From positions 7,851 to 71,850 of the forward strand of contig CAWCTG010000007.1 of assembly GCA_963798375.1 (NCBI GenBank): a stretch of DNA of 64,000 nucleotides, read 5' to 3'. The stretch is from Candidatus Binataceae bacterium. GTDB lineage: Bacteria; Desulfobacterota; Binatia; Binatales; Binataceae. Below the pieces are notes generated by a model. The model ran no database searches. It saw nothing but the letters and a program-made list of their open reading frames with translations, and had not been told where the DNA came from. Each line of letters opens with the position of its first letter. Position 1 is the first letter of the stretch. Position numbers and translations under genes: made by a program. Shown here one piece after another: positions 24,107-34,361 of this stretch.

Positions 24107-25390
24107 TTAGCGGCGGAACAGCGTCGAATCAGCGATCGGCAGACCCAGCGCGTAGCGCCGCAACCAGTCGAGCGCGACCTGCGAGGTGATAAGTTTCACC
24201 CAGTCGCGAGTGCCGCGGAACTGGTATCGGCGCGTGAAGCTCTGATCGTCGGCCGATAGCGCGATGCAGACCGTGCCGACCGGCTTGTCCGGTGTGCCGC
24301 CGTCGGGGCCTGCGATGCCCGAGGTTGCGACCGACACGCTCGCTCCCGTGCGTTTGCGAACGCCGGCCGCCATCTCGCGTACGCATTCTTCGCTCACGGC
24401 GCCATGCGCTTCCAGCGTCTCCTCCGAAACGCCGAGCACGCCGCACTTTACGTCGTTGGAATAGGTGACGAGGTCGCTCTTGAAATATTGCGAGCAGCCG
24501 GGAACGTTGGTGATGCGATGTCCGATTAGCCCGCCGGTGCACGATTCTGCGACCGCCAGGGTAAATTTCTTTTCTATGAAGAGGTGGCCGACGACTTCCT
24601 CCATCGAGGTATCGCCTTCGGCGTAAACGAACTGCGAGATTTTTTCGCGCACCCGCTGGGACAGCTCTTCGACCCTGCGATCGACTTCGCCGGGTCGTCC
24701 CTCGACTCTGATCTTCAGCGAAATCTGCGGGAAGCTCGCGCGGAACGAGACTTTGGCCTCTTCCGGCTTGATCAGTCCCGCCACCGCTTCGTCGAGCGCC
24801 GACTCGCTCATCCCGAAGGTCTGGAAGACGCGAACCGCGTAAACTTGGTCGGTGCCGCGATTCGCGGAGATCCACGGTATCACCGTATTTTCCATCATCG
24901 GTTTCATTTCGCGGGGCACGCCGGGCAGGACGATTAGATGCGCGGTATGGCCGCCGATCGTCACCGGCATCCTGAAGCCGGGCGCCGTGCCGAGCGGATT
25001 CTGGATGACCGTGGCACCCTCAGGAAAAAGCGCTTGCTTGAGGTTGTTGTCGGGCATTGGCCGGCCAATCGCCGCAAACAAGCGCTTCATGTGTTCGACG
25101 GCGGCCTCGTCGCGCCGCAACTTCACGCCCGCGACGCGCGCTACGGTTTCGGTGGTCAGGTCGTCGGCGGTCGGTCCGATGCCGCCGGTCGAGATCACGA
25201 CGTCGCCCATCGCGATGGCTGTGCGCCATGCCCATTCCAGACGGTCGGGAACGTCGCCGACCGTAATCACCGCGACGAGATCGATTCCAATTTCCGAGAG
25301 CTTGTCGGAAAGGTAGTTGGCGTTGGTATCGACGACCTTGCCGCTGGTGATTTCGTCGCCGGTTGAAAGAATCACCGCGTTTTGAATCAT
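24107..25390 (-). CDS. cinA: CinA family competence/damage-inducible protein (MoCF-binding + NMN deamidase PncC domains)
   Basis: N-terminal ...STGDEITSGKVVDTNA...GGIGPTADD and the C-terminal CinA domain. Confidence 0.9.
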   Translation of the reverse strand: MIQNAVILSTGDEITSGKVVDTNANYLSDKLSEIGIDLVAVITVGDVPDRLEWAWRTAIAMGDVVISTGGIGPTADDLTTETVARVAGVKLRRDEAAVEHMKRLFAAIGRPMPDNNLKQALFPEGATVIQNPLGTAPGFRMPVTIGGHTAHLIVLPGVPREMKPMMENTVIPWISANRGTDQVYAVRVFQTFGMSESALDEAVAGLIKPEEAKVSFRASFPQISLKIRVEGRPGEVDRRVEELSQRVREKISQFVYAEGDTSMEEVVGHLFIEKKFTLAVAESCTGGLIGHRITNVPGCSQYFKSDLVTYSNDVKCGVLGVSEETLEAHGAVSEECVREMAAGVRKRTGASVSVATSGIAGPDGGTPDKPVGTVCIALSADDQSFTRRYQFRGTRDWVKLITSQVALDWLRRYALGLPIADSTLFRR

Positions 25391-25417
25391 CGGGCGTCTC
25401 CTCGCGGGCGCGTACGT

Positions 25418-25966
25418 TCAGAGCACGCGCACGATCACCTGCAGCACAATATTCGCATAAATCGCCGCCGCCAAATCATCCAGCATGACACCCGCGCCAT
25501 TGCGCATGCGGCGGTCGATCACGTTCGCTGGCCACGGTTTAATCACGTCGGCCACTCGAAACAGAATGAATCCCAGCAGAAGATAGCCGGCCGTGAGCGG
25601 ATTGCCGAACATCGTGGCGGCCATACCGAGCACTTCATCGATCACGATGCGCGAATCGTCGTGCTGATCGAATATTTTCTCGGCGCGATCGGAAATCCAG
25701 CACGAGATCGCAAACACGATCGCGAAGACGATTAAACATAGCGGATGCGAATGCTCCCACAGCGGGCCGAACCCCAGCCATATTACCGCCAGCCCGACCA
25801 CCGAGCCTGCGGTTCCCGGCGCGATCGGAGAGTAACCGGAATAAAATCCAGTGGCGAAGAAGATGATGAGCGAGCGCATCGGCTGAAACGGATTGCGCGA
25901 AGATAGCATGGCGGGCCGCAGCGGGGTAAGTGCGATCGAGTGCGTGGGCCGCAGATGCGGGAGCAT
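25418..25966 (-). CDS. pgpA: phosphatidylglycerophosphatase A
   Basis: GFYSGYSPIAPGTAGSVVGL and a C-terminal acidic motif. The start may be the internal Met at 25879. Confidence 0.8.
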   Translation of the reverse strand: MLPHLRPTHSIALTPLRPAMLSSRNPFQPMRSLIIFFATGFYSGYSPIAPGTAGSVVGLAVIWLGFGPLWEHSHPLCLIVFAIVFAISCWISDRAEKIFDQHDDSRIVIDEVLGMAATMFGNPLTAGYLLLGFILFRVADVIKPWPANVIDRRMRNGAGVMLDDLAAAIYANIVLQVIVRVL

Positions 25967-25979
25967 CCGCGACCAGCAG

Positions 25980-26798
25980 CTAGCTGGTCGTCAAGGTTAC
26001 AGGGTCTTCTTCGGCGCCGACCTCGACCGATGCGACCCCTTCGATCGTTTGCGCGACTCCGATCACAAGATCGTCCCACGGCGGCACCAGTCCGGGACCG
26101 CTCACGCGCACGCATCCCGCCGAGCAATTGACCGACATCTGCGCATCGCGAATTTTCGGATGCGCCACCAATGCCGCATTGACCAGAGCAGCGATCGCGG
26201 CGTCGCGCATCACTTTCGTTCGCTCCGGGGTGCCCTCACTGTCGATATGAGTCGCGAGCGCCGCAAGAGTTTTCGTGTGCGATCCCATCGAAAGGCGCGC
26301 GGTGTTGATAACCAGGTCGTAAATCGCGGGGTCGTCTATATCCTTCCCGAACAGACTCTGAGTGCGTGCCTTCACTTCCGTGTCGAAGTCGCGAACGCGC
26401 TTGTCGGCCGCCGCCGCTGCGAGATTCTCGTCTTTCGCCACCTGTTTGATGCGCTCGGCCACCGGAGCCATCGTGCGCACCCTGACGCCGCATCCACCTT
26501 CCGGGAGAAAATGCGCCGAACCGCGGCCTGCGACGACGATTCGGTCTTGCGCGGCCGCTTGCAGGAAGACGGCGCGGTAGTACGCGGCGAAACGGCTGCT
26601 CTCGGTCTTCCGCTCCCAGAAGTGGGGGTTGCGTACGTCAAACCATTTCACCTGCTCGGCGCTCACGTTGAAGCGCTTCGCCGTCTCGGCGATTAGTTGC
26701 TCGCCGGTCTGGAACCGATAACCGAGTTCCCGCGCCGCGAGTTCGCCGAGCTCGATGCCCCTGCTGCCTATCTGCTGACTGATCGCGATAACCGCCAT
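25980..26798 (-). CDS. cytidylate kinase-like family protein with C-terminal BON-like domain
   Basis: ISQQIGSRGIELGELAAREL is a CMP-kinase-like P-loop-less N-terminus. GGGGAG Shine-Dalgarno before the ATG at 26798. The upstream two-thirds of the 642-aa track ORF is judged not coding. Confidence 0.6.
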   Translation of the reverse strand: MAVIAISQQIGSRGIELGELAARELGYRFQTGEQLIAETAKRFNVSAEQVKWFDVRNPHFWERKTESSRFAAYYRAVFLQAAAQDRIVVAGRGSAHFLPEGGCGVRVRTMAPVAERIKQVAKDENLAAAAADKRVRDFDTEVKARTQSLFGKDIDDPAIYDLVINTARLSMGSHTKTLAALATHIDSEGTPERTKVMRDAAIAALVNAALVAHPKIRDAQMSVNCSAGCVRVSGPGLVPPWDDLVIGVAQTIEGVASVEVGAEEDPVTLTTS

Positions 26799-26984
26799 CG
26801 ATGCTCCCCAAGCCGGCGAGTTTGGTTTTTCGTTGGTCCCCGCCGCCATCTTAGGTTCGTGACCGCAGAAAGGGCAAACCAGGCTGCGATGGAATCGCCG
26901 CCGAGGTGACGATAGGATTTCCGCGGCTGGTCGAGTGGCCGCTATCGGGCAACTCGCGCCGCATCTCGGGGCCTGGAAGGAACG

Positions 26985-27857
26985 ATGGAAGAATCGATGA
27001 CGTCCGATCACGGCGCGAAACGCGGCGTTGCGCCGCGAATTGGCGCGAATGCGCCCGCCGATAATTTGACGCGGGAGCTGGCGCTCGCAAAGAAGGCCGC
27101 ACGCGCCGCCGGCGAGATTTTGCGCGGCTATTGGCGCCGCGGTGGTTACGAAATCGGATCGAAGGGACACGACAATCCGGTTACGGCGGCCGACCTCGAA
27201 GCCGATCGCGCAATCAAGAAGTTGCTCCGCGATCCGTTCCCCGGCTACGGATGGCTCTCGGAGGAGACGGCGGACAACGACGACCGCCTGAAATGCCAGC
27301 GTGTGTGGATCGTCGATCCGCTTGACGGCACCAAGGAGTTCATCAAGGGCATTCCCGAGTTCGCGGTCGCGATCGCGCTCGTCGAAGATGGAGTGCCGGT
27401 GCTCGGCGTCACGTACAATCCTATCAAGCGCGAGATGTACTGGGCGGCGCGCGGGGTTGGATGTCACTTGAATACGCGGCGGGTGCGGGTCACGCGTAAG
27501 CGAACGCTCAAGCGCGCGACCGTGCTTGCCAGCCGCAGCGAAACCGCGCGCGGCGAGTGGCAGGGGTTCCGCGGGATGATGCTGAAAGTGAGCCCGACCG
27601 GCAGCGTCGCGTATAAGCTCGCGATGGTCGCGGCGGGCAAGGCCGATGCGACGTTCACGCGCTCGCCAAAAAGCGAGTGGGACATCGCGTCCGGTGCGGC
27701 GCTGGTAATCGAGGCCGGCGGCACGATCACCGATATCAAGGGCCGCGAGATTCGTTTCAATCAGCGCAACGTGAAGCTCGAGGGGCTGATCGCGGACAAC
27801 ACGGCGCTGCACGCGGCGTTGATGAAGGTGGCGCCTCATCCGGCGCGCATGCCGTAG
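26985..27857 (+). CDS. inositol monophosphatase / 3'(2'),5'-bisphosphate nucleotidase (CysQ-like) family
   Basis: WIVDPLDGT and ...GSVAYKLAMVAAG motifs of the IMPase superfamily. Confidence 0.85.
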   Translation: MEESMTSDHGAKRGVAPRIGANAPADNLTRELALAKKAARAAGEILRGYWRRGGYEIGSKGHDNPVTAADLEADRAIKKLLRDPFPGYGWLSEETADNDDRLKCQRVWIVDPLDGTKEFIKGIPEFAVAIALVEDGVPVLGVTYNPIKREMYWAARGVGCHLNTRRVRVTRKRTLKRATVLASRSETARGEWQGFRGMMLKVSPTGSVAYKLAMVAAGKADATFTRSPKSEWDIASGAALVIEAGGTITDIKGREIRFNQRNVKLEGLIADNTALHAALMKVAPHPARMP

Positions 27858-27880
27858 CCGGGAACGCCGAGCATCGGACT

Positions 27881-29257
27881 TCAGATCATCTGCTTGCCGC
27901 TGGCCCATCGCAGGTAAAAGAACATTCCGAGGCCATAGACCGCCGCGATCAGAAAAAAGACCGCGCTGAACGACCTGGTCGCCTGCACAATCAGGCCCGT
28001 TGCAGCGACGCCGATAATGCCGGGGATGGTCGCGATGGTGTTCGAGATTCCCATCAGGATTCCGGCGTAGGTCGGGGCGACGTCAAGGTGATTCACCCCG
28101 AAGGCCGCGGAACTGATGCCGTTAGCCGAGGCTGCGACCGTCAGCAGCGCAACCGCCATCGCCGGCGAACCCGCTGCGGGCACTACCATCAGCGATATCG
28201 CACCGATCGCAAATGCCGTGCTCTGCATCGACTTGCGTACCGTCCCGACGCCGAGGCCGCGCGCGATCAGGGCGTCGGCCAGCCAGCCCGAGAAACTTAT
28301 CGTGAAGAACGTGGCGATCCATGGAATTATCGAATACCGGCCGACACGTTCCAGCGGCACGCCAAACGTGTGATGCAGATAGGTCGGCAGCCAGAGCAGC
28401 AGAATGTTAAACCCGAAGTTGCTGCAAAAATGCGCGACGACGATCGCCCATACTGCTCTCTCGCGCGCGATTGCCGCCCACGGTACCCGGACCGCGCGCG
28501 GCGCTGCCGAGCGCAACGACATGATCAGTTCGAGTTCGGCGGCGCCGATGCGCGATGACGTCTCAGGCCGGTCGGCGGCCATGTACATCCAGACTACGAC
28601 CCATGCTGCGCCGAGCGCGCCCGAAATATAGAACAGCGCAGGCCATCCGAGAGACGTGATAATCAGCGGGCTTGCACTGAGCGCCGCGACTGTGCCCACG
28701 TACATCCCACTATAGTTGACAGATAACACGCGCGCGCGCTCGGACGGCAACGTCCAGCGAGCCGTCAGACTGTGAATCGATGGGAAGTTCACCCCCTCGC
28801 CCAGCCCGAGCAGCACGCGAGCCGCGAGCAGCGCGGAAAATCCCGCGGCAGCGGCCAAAGGCGTAACGAAGGTTGCCAGCGACCAGATCGCGACCCCGGC
28901 CGCCAGCACGCGATGGCCGCCGAATCGATCCGCCATCCATCCACCGACGAGCTGCGTCCACAGGTATCCCCAGAACACCGCCGACAGCACCAGCCCCTGC
29001 GCGGCGGAGTTGTAGCCGAATTGGCGGGCGAGCGGGATTATCGCGACCGAGATGCTGATGCGATCGATGTAGCAAAGCGCGGTGCCGAGAAAGAATAGCG
29101 CGACGACCGTATAGCGTTGCGGCCATCGCGGAATTCCAGCCGGGGTATCGCGCGCACGTGCAGGCTCGCCCATGATGCAGTGGAGCTTAGGCTGTGCGAG
29201 GCAATCTTGACCAGACCGGCGATTTTGGCGCGCGCAAGAAAAAGACGCGGGAGGCAT
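27881..29257 (-). CDS. MFS transporter
   Basis: 12 TM helices and the MFS signature G..ADRFG. Confidence 0.8.
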   Translation of the reverse strand: MPPASFSCARQNRRSGQDCLAQPKLHCIMGEPARARDTPAGIPRWPQRYTVVALFFLGTALCYIDRISISVAIIPLARQFGYNSAAQGLVLSAVFWGYLWTQLVGGWMADRFGGHRVLAAGVAIWSLATFVTPLAAAAGFSALLAARVLLGLGEGVNFPSIHSLTARWTLPSERARVLSVNYSGMYVGTVAALSASPLIITSLGWPALFYISGALGAAWVVVWMYMAADRPETSSRIGAAELELIMSLRSAAPRAVRVPWAAIARERAVWAIVVAHFCSNFGFNILLLWLPTYLHHTFGVPLERVGRYSIIPWIATFFTISFSGWLADALIARGLGVGTVRKSMQSTAFAIGAISLMVVPAAGSPAMAVALLTVAASANGISSAAFGVNHLDVAPTYAGILMGISNTIATIPGIIGVAATGLIVQATRSFSAVFFLIAAVYGLGMFFYLRWASGKQMI

Positions 29258-29320
29258 TCCTCTCGCGTCTTTAAGGAATCGGTTGCGCTTAAAGGTCGAA
29301 TCAGCGCTGCGGATACTTCA

Positions 29321-29749
29321 CTATCTTCCGACTGCGTGGCGCACGGTGTTCAGGATATAGATGAAGTCGCGCGCCGAACGCACATCGCCGAGCAACGCCA
29401 CTCGCGAAAGAATCTCCATCTCGTCGCCCGTAATGTTGTGAACGCGACGCAGTTGCTCGTTCTTCTTGAAATCATCCCAGGCCGAATCAGCCGCGGATTC
29501 GATTTCGGGACTCAGCAGCGCGTGCGCGCGAGGATTGGCGAGAAAGAACACTTCGCGGCGATTGAGTCCGAGTACTTCCGCCAGACGCGTTACAATCTTA
29601 TCGGAAGGATGGCGTTTGCCTGATTCCAAGTGGCCGACGTATGGCGTCGAGGTCTTGATGCGACGGGCTACTTCCTCTTGAGTGAGGTCCAGTTGCCGTC
29701 TGCGCTCACGGATGACCTGTCCAAAACTGCGTTCCTTGATGCGTGCCAT
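29321..29749 (-). CDS. XRE-family helix-turn-helix transcriptional regulator
   Basis: IRERRRQLDLTQEEVARRIKTSTPYVGHLESGKRHPS is a Cro/C1-type HTH. Start chosen at MARIKE. Confidence 0.7.
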   Translation of the reverse strand: MARIKERSFGQVIRERRRQLDLTQEEVARRIKTSTPYVGHLESGKRHPSDKIVTRLAEVLGLNRREVFFLANPRAHALLSPEIESAADSAWDDFKKNEQLRRVHNITGDEMEILSRVALLGDVRSARDFIYILNTVRHAVGR

Positions 29750-30036
29750 TGATGCTCTATTCCCCTTCCCCTTGTTGCGCCGATTTGGCGCGGTCCGTGA
29801 TACGGCCGTACCCTCATCAAAAAGGTGATATTCGACCCTTACAGTTAGTACCATCAAAATGACTTAAAGGCAAACGTACTGCGGGTGGGATTAGAGGGAC
29901 GCCTTCAACAGCGCCATAAGTTTGTGAATTGGGTCGTTCCGCAAATTGTTTGGGGTTCGCGACCTTAGGAATATTCAGTGCGAAGCGGACTTATTTTGCG
30001 AATAAGTGCTATTCATGCATTCACGGGCGATCTCTG

Positions 30037-30390
30037 TCAATTCCCGTAGGGATTTCGCCCATGATTGAGATAAATGGAAAAATCGGCGACGCCATCGTCG
30101 GCACGCGGTGGACTCTTGAAGTGCACGGCCGCTCCGCGACGGAGGCCGTCCACCGAAACGATGTCCTTGCCGATCGAGTGGCCGTCGCGATCGAAATAAT
30201 GGACTTCGACCTGGAGAGGACCTGTGTCGTCGCCTGTGTTGCGAACCTCGCCTTCGACCAACACCCGGCCGCCGCTTCGCACCAAGCGAGTTTCGGCCAC
30301 CTTGACCGGTTCCGAGCCGACCAAGGCGAAGAACACGTAGCCCGCGAAGCATAGCGCGCCGAGCAGAACGATGATCGCGCCTTTACGCAT
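30037..30390 (-). CDS. hypothetical membrane-anchored protein
   Basis: N-terminal TM helix and a beta-rich soluble domain. No family assignment. Confidence 0.4.
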   Translation of the reverse strand: MRKGAIIVLLGALCFAGYVFFALVGSEPVKVAETRLVRSGGRVLVEGEVRNTGDDTGPLQVEVHYFDRDGHSIGKDIVSVDGLRRGAAVHFKSPPRADDGVADFSIYLNHGRNPYGN

Positions 30391-30808
30391 GCGCGGCACA
30401 GGCTCGTACATGCTCGAGCCGGTATTCGTCCGGGAAGTTCGCGCACGGCAGGCGCAGCTGCCCGACGAACTCGTCCTGGGCCTCGGTCAATTCAAAATTC
30501 ATGTTGCAACCCCGTTGAGATTGGAATGTTTCCGCGCGCTTTGCGAGCTGTGGATAGCTAATCAATTTCAATGTTCATGATCGAGCGTTAAATGTGATTA
30601 ACTGCGCGGCAAATGCATCATATTCGTGCATCACCAGCATCTACCGCCGGCCGAAATTCAGCGCCGATACTAAGGATTTTCAGCGTCGTTCAATTATTAC
30701 CCCGGTATGAATCTTGAAACCAACTGGCCGGTTCATCACCGTAGCCCGCTACGTGTGGGCGCAGGAAGCCGCGGCTTAAGGCCGCGCATCTCAGGAGGGA
30801 GGAGAAGA

Positions 30809-32281
30809 GTGAACAGAAGGAAAACGACCCGAGTCGCTGCCAGGCTTCGCCCAATCATCGGCGTCGCAGTGATTGGATTGCTGTGCAACGCGAATGCCTG
30901 GGCACAAACGACGACAACGACGACGACGAAACATCACCACAAGACGGTCACGACAACCACCGTAGTCGCAAGCACCAGCGAGCAGCAGCGGCTCGACGCG
31001 CTGTCCGGCCAGGTGAACAATCTGCAGAAGCAGACCGACGACACAACCAGCGAGGTGAAAAAGATAGAGGCAGCGATGACGGTCGCACAGCCGGCGGCTT
31101 CCGCGTCGCCGGTCACCATCGGCCAGCATGTCGGCCTGGCCGAGACGAACATCGCCGCCATCCAGAAGAATCTGTCGGACAACCTTGGTATCAGCGTCCA
31201 CGCGCTGGTTGATGCGGGCTACGAGCACAACTTCAATCAGCCGAACGGCAACGTCAATACGTTTCGCGAGTGGGACGTGGACGGATTTCGCTTACCCAGG
31301 GCAACCTGCACATCGAGCGCGATGGAACGGTTGGATTCGTGACCGACCTCAACTTCGGTCAGGTCGCGAACTCGATTTCATCCGTTACAAACTACTCGAA
31401 CGTGCCGGGGTCGCATGTCAGCGGGCAGTGGATCGATCCGACGCAGTACTACCTGACCTATACGGCTCCGCTCGGTTCGGGCATAAGTTTCGAAGGCGGC
31501 CGTTTCGTGACGTCTGTTGGGCGCCGAGATTGTTCCGGTTTACAACAACCAGAATTACAACGAGAGCCGTGGCCTGCTCTATACCCTGGGCGAACCAATC
31601 GCTCATACGGGCATCCGCGCCAGCTACACGTTCAACGACTACGTATCGGCTACAGCCGGGCTGAACAACGGTTGGGATGATCCCGCGAGCACCAACAACG
31701 GTGGTCCGAACTATGAGGGTGAGCTCACACTCAACAACAAAGACAAGTCTCTGAGCCTTGTAGTCAACGGCATCTGGGGACCGAATGTTCAGCCCTCGAA
31801 CACGGTGAGTATCCCGCCCGGCAAAACGCACTCCAATATGAATCTGGGCGCGATCGATCCGATCGCGACGTGGAAGCCGTCGTCGTTCGTACCCAACCTG
31901 ACGCTGCAGGCCGAATACCTGTATGCATCCCAGAGCGGTCCTGTAACGGCCGACGGTCACAGCGCGACGTGGCAGGGCGCGGCGGGGTACCTAGTGTATG
32001 ATTTCACCCCTTCGTTTGAAACGGCAACCCGCGCCGAATTCTTCGACGACATGGACGGGGCGCGCACCAATGGCGAGACGCAGACCCTGTGGGAGATCAC
32101 CCAGACAATCAGCTACAAGGTACCGGAAGTGACGGGGCTGATCGCACGTCTGGAATACCGGCATGACAATTCGAGTCAGAACTCGTTCACGAACAACAAT
32201 TTCGTGGACCCGGCGACCGGAGCGCAGCATCTATGGCACGGCCAGGATACCTTGGCCGCCAACCTCATTTACGCCTTCTAA
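30809..32281 (+). pseudogene. porin-like outer-membrane beta-barrel protein with N-terminal coiled coil; reading frame broken twice (about 31290 and about 31520)
   Basis: GGAGGGAGGAG Shine-Dalgarno, signal peptide, Thr-rich linker and coiled coil. Alternating beta-strand pattern, ends ...NLIYAF (C-terminal Phe). Three consecutive ORFs in frames 2, 1, 2 read as one protein. Confidence 0.6.
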
Positions 32282-32317
32282 GGGAGGAGCTTAGAATCAA
32301 TTGCGCTGCGATGCGCC

Positions 32318-32357
32318 GGCGGCGGGTCCGAAGAAGCGGACCCGCCGCTCTTTTCTT
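32318..32357 (+). terminator. rho-independent terminator after porin-like gene
   Basis: GCGGGTCCG-aagaa-GCGGACCCGC stem followed by CTCTTTTCTTT. Confidence 0.55.
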
Positions 32358-32825
32358 TGGAGATTGCGGAAACTTGCGTGAGGTTTTGGGAACCCGCCCC
32401 AGACATCGTGAGCGCGGGGGCGCTCAGAATCGGGAGCGCGCCGTGTGGGCGAAGATTGGGGTGCCGATGGACCTGGTCATGCTGGGCATTTATTTTGCAG
32501 TGATCAAATTGTTGGGCTGATAGGCGGAAAAAAATAGAGGCTCCGATGCTGGATCCTCGACCGAAACGCAAATCGTTGGGCGTGCGATGCTGCTCGAATG
32601 TGCGGCGGACGCCCGTTCAAGGGGCGTTGCATTACGGGAGTTTTCGTGACAAAAAGCGTTGTCGGTCGTAACGTGCGAATGAGTCTGGTGTGACGGCCGG
32701 TGTGATTCCTGATGCGTCTCATGCCATCGTCCGCAGGTGCGGACGGCGCGCGATTTCTATAGATCGATCAATCAACAAGTATGGGTATGCCGCCCCGTTA
32801 TGCGGCCAGGAGGGTTACGGGTTCG

Positions 32826-34253
32826 ATGACGCCTAAACAAGTTCTGCAAATGATCAAGGATAAGGGCGTGGTGATGGTCGATGTGAAATTCATCGATCTG
32901 CTCGGCACGTGGCAGCATTTCACTGCCCCGATCTCCGAGTTCAAGGATGAAGCGCCCTTCGGCGAGGGCCTCGGCTTCGACGGGTCGTCGATTCGCGGCT
33001 GGCAGGCGATCGACAACAGCGACATGCTGGTGATTCCCGATCCGGACACGGCAGTGATGGATCCTTTCACCAAGGATCCCACGCTGAGCGTCATCGCCAA
33101 CATCTCCGATCCGATCACCCGCGCCGACTACACGCGCGACCCGCGTAATATCTCGCGCAAGGCCGAGGCCTATTTGAAGACCACCGGCATCGGCGACGCG
33201 GCGTACTTCGGACCCGAACCGGAGTTTTTCATCTTCGACTCGCTGCGCTACGACACGACACAGAATTCGAGCTACTACTACATCGACTCGAACGAAGGTA
33301 ACTGGAACAGCGGGCGCGAGGGCGCGGTCAAGGAAGGGGCGAACCTGGGCTTCAAGGTCAAGAACAAAGCCGGCTACTTCCCGGTCCCGCCGGTGGACAC
33401 CCTGCAGGACATCCGCACCGAGATGGTGCTGGAGATGGAGCGGGTAGGCATCCGCGTCGAGAAGCAGCATCACGAAGTCGCCACCGCGGGCCAGGCTGAA
33501 ATCGACATGCGCTTTCAGTCGCTGACCAAGATGGCGGACTGGCTGACCTGGTTTAAATACATCGTCAAGAACGTGGCGGTGCGCCATGGGATGACGGCGA
33601 CCTTCATGCCCAAACCGATCTTCGGCGACAACGGCACCGGCATGCACACTCATCAGAGCATCTGGAAGGGTGAGACGCCGCTGTTCGCGGGCAACGGCTA
33701 CGCCGGGATGTCGGAGCTTGGGATGCATTACATCGCGGGCATCCTGCATCACGCGCCGACTATAGCGGCCTTCACCAATCCGGGCACGAACTCGTATCGC
33801 CGGCTGGTGCCGGGTTTCGAGGCGCCGATCAACCTGGCTTATTCGTCGCGCAACCGCTCGGCCTCGGTGCGAATCCCGATGTACTCGCCGTCGCCGAAGG
33901 CCAAGCGAATCGAAGTACGGTTCCCCGACCCGACCTGCAATCCGTATCTCGCGTTCTCCGCGATGCTGATGGCGGGGCTCGACGGAATTCAGCGCCGGCT
34001 CGATCCGGGCCAGCCGCTCGACAAGGACATCTACGCACTTACGCCGGCCGAGCTGGCCGAGGTGCCGAGCATGCCCGCGTCGCTCGAGGAATCACTGGGC
34101 AACCTGAAGAAGGATCACGAGTTCCTGCTCAAGGGCGACGTCTTTACGGAGGACCTGATCGAGACCTGGATCGAATACAAGATGACAAACGAAGTCAGCG
34201 CGATTCGTCTGCGGCCGCATCCGTACGAATTCGCGCTCTACTACGACGCTTAA
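32826..34253 (+). CDS. glnA: glutamine synthetase type I
   Basis: GS beta-grasp and catalytic domain motifs (…[10 protein letters not shown]…, …NPY…). GGAGGG Shine-Dalgarno before the ATG at 32826. Confidence 0.9.
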   Translation: MTPKQVLQMIKDKGVVMVDVKFIDLLGTWQHFTAPISEFKDEAPFGEGLGFDGSSIRGWQAIDNSDMLVIPDPDTAVMDPFTKDPTLSVIANISDPITRADYTRDPRNISRKAEAYLKTTGIGDAAYFGPEPEFFIFDSLRYDTTQNSSYYYIDSNEGNWNSGREGAVKEGANLGFKVKNKAGYFPVPPVDTLQDIRTEMVLEMERVGIRVEKQHHEVATAGQAEIDMRFQSLTKMADWLTWFKYIVKNVAVRHGMTATFMPKPIFGDNGTGMHTHQSIWKGETPLFAGNGYAGMSELGMHYIAGILHHAPTIAAFTNPGTNSYRRLVPGFEAPINLAYSSRNRSASVRIPMYSPSPKAKRIEVRFPDPTCNPYLAFSAMLMAGLDGIQRRLDPGQPLDKDIYALTPAELAEVPSMPASLEESLGNLKKDHEFLLKGDVFTEDLIETWIEYKMTNEVSAIRLRPHPYEFALYYDA

Positions 34254-34280
34254 AGCAGGGATAGTCAATCGTCAGATGGA

Positions 34281-34313
34281 GGCGGCGGGCCGATGGCCCG
34301 CCGCTTTCTTTTT
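34281..34313 (+). terminator. rho-independent terminator after glnA
   Basis: GGCGGCGGGCC-gatg-GGCCCGCCGC stem followed by TTTCTTTTT. Confidence 0.6.
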
Positions 34314-34361
34314 CGCGCGCGCTGGCTAGGTGTGGAAGCGGCGGCGCGCAAGCGGGAAAGT

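Noticed and set aside
30383-30571. 62-aa ORF (MNFELTEAQDEF...) overlapping the start of the 30037-30390 gene
   Set aside because: Short, overlaps the probable start and Shine-Dalgarno region of the neighbouring gene, and has no ribosome-binding site or homology signal. Possibly a leader peptide, but this is unsupported.
32560-32600. Hairpin GACGCCCGTTCAAGGGGCGTTGC in the glnA leader as a glutamine riboswitch or NtrC site
   Set aside because: I could not match it to the glnA-RNA motif consensus or to a TGCACC-N5-GGTGCA NtrC box with confidence. It is left as an unassigned leader structure.
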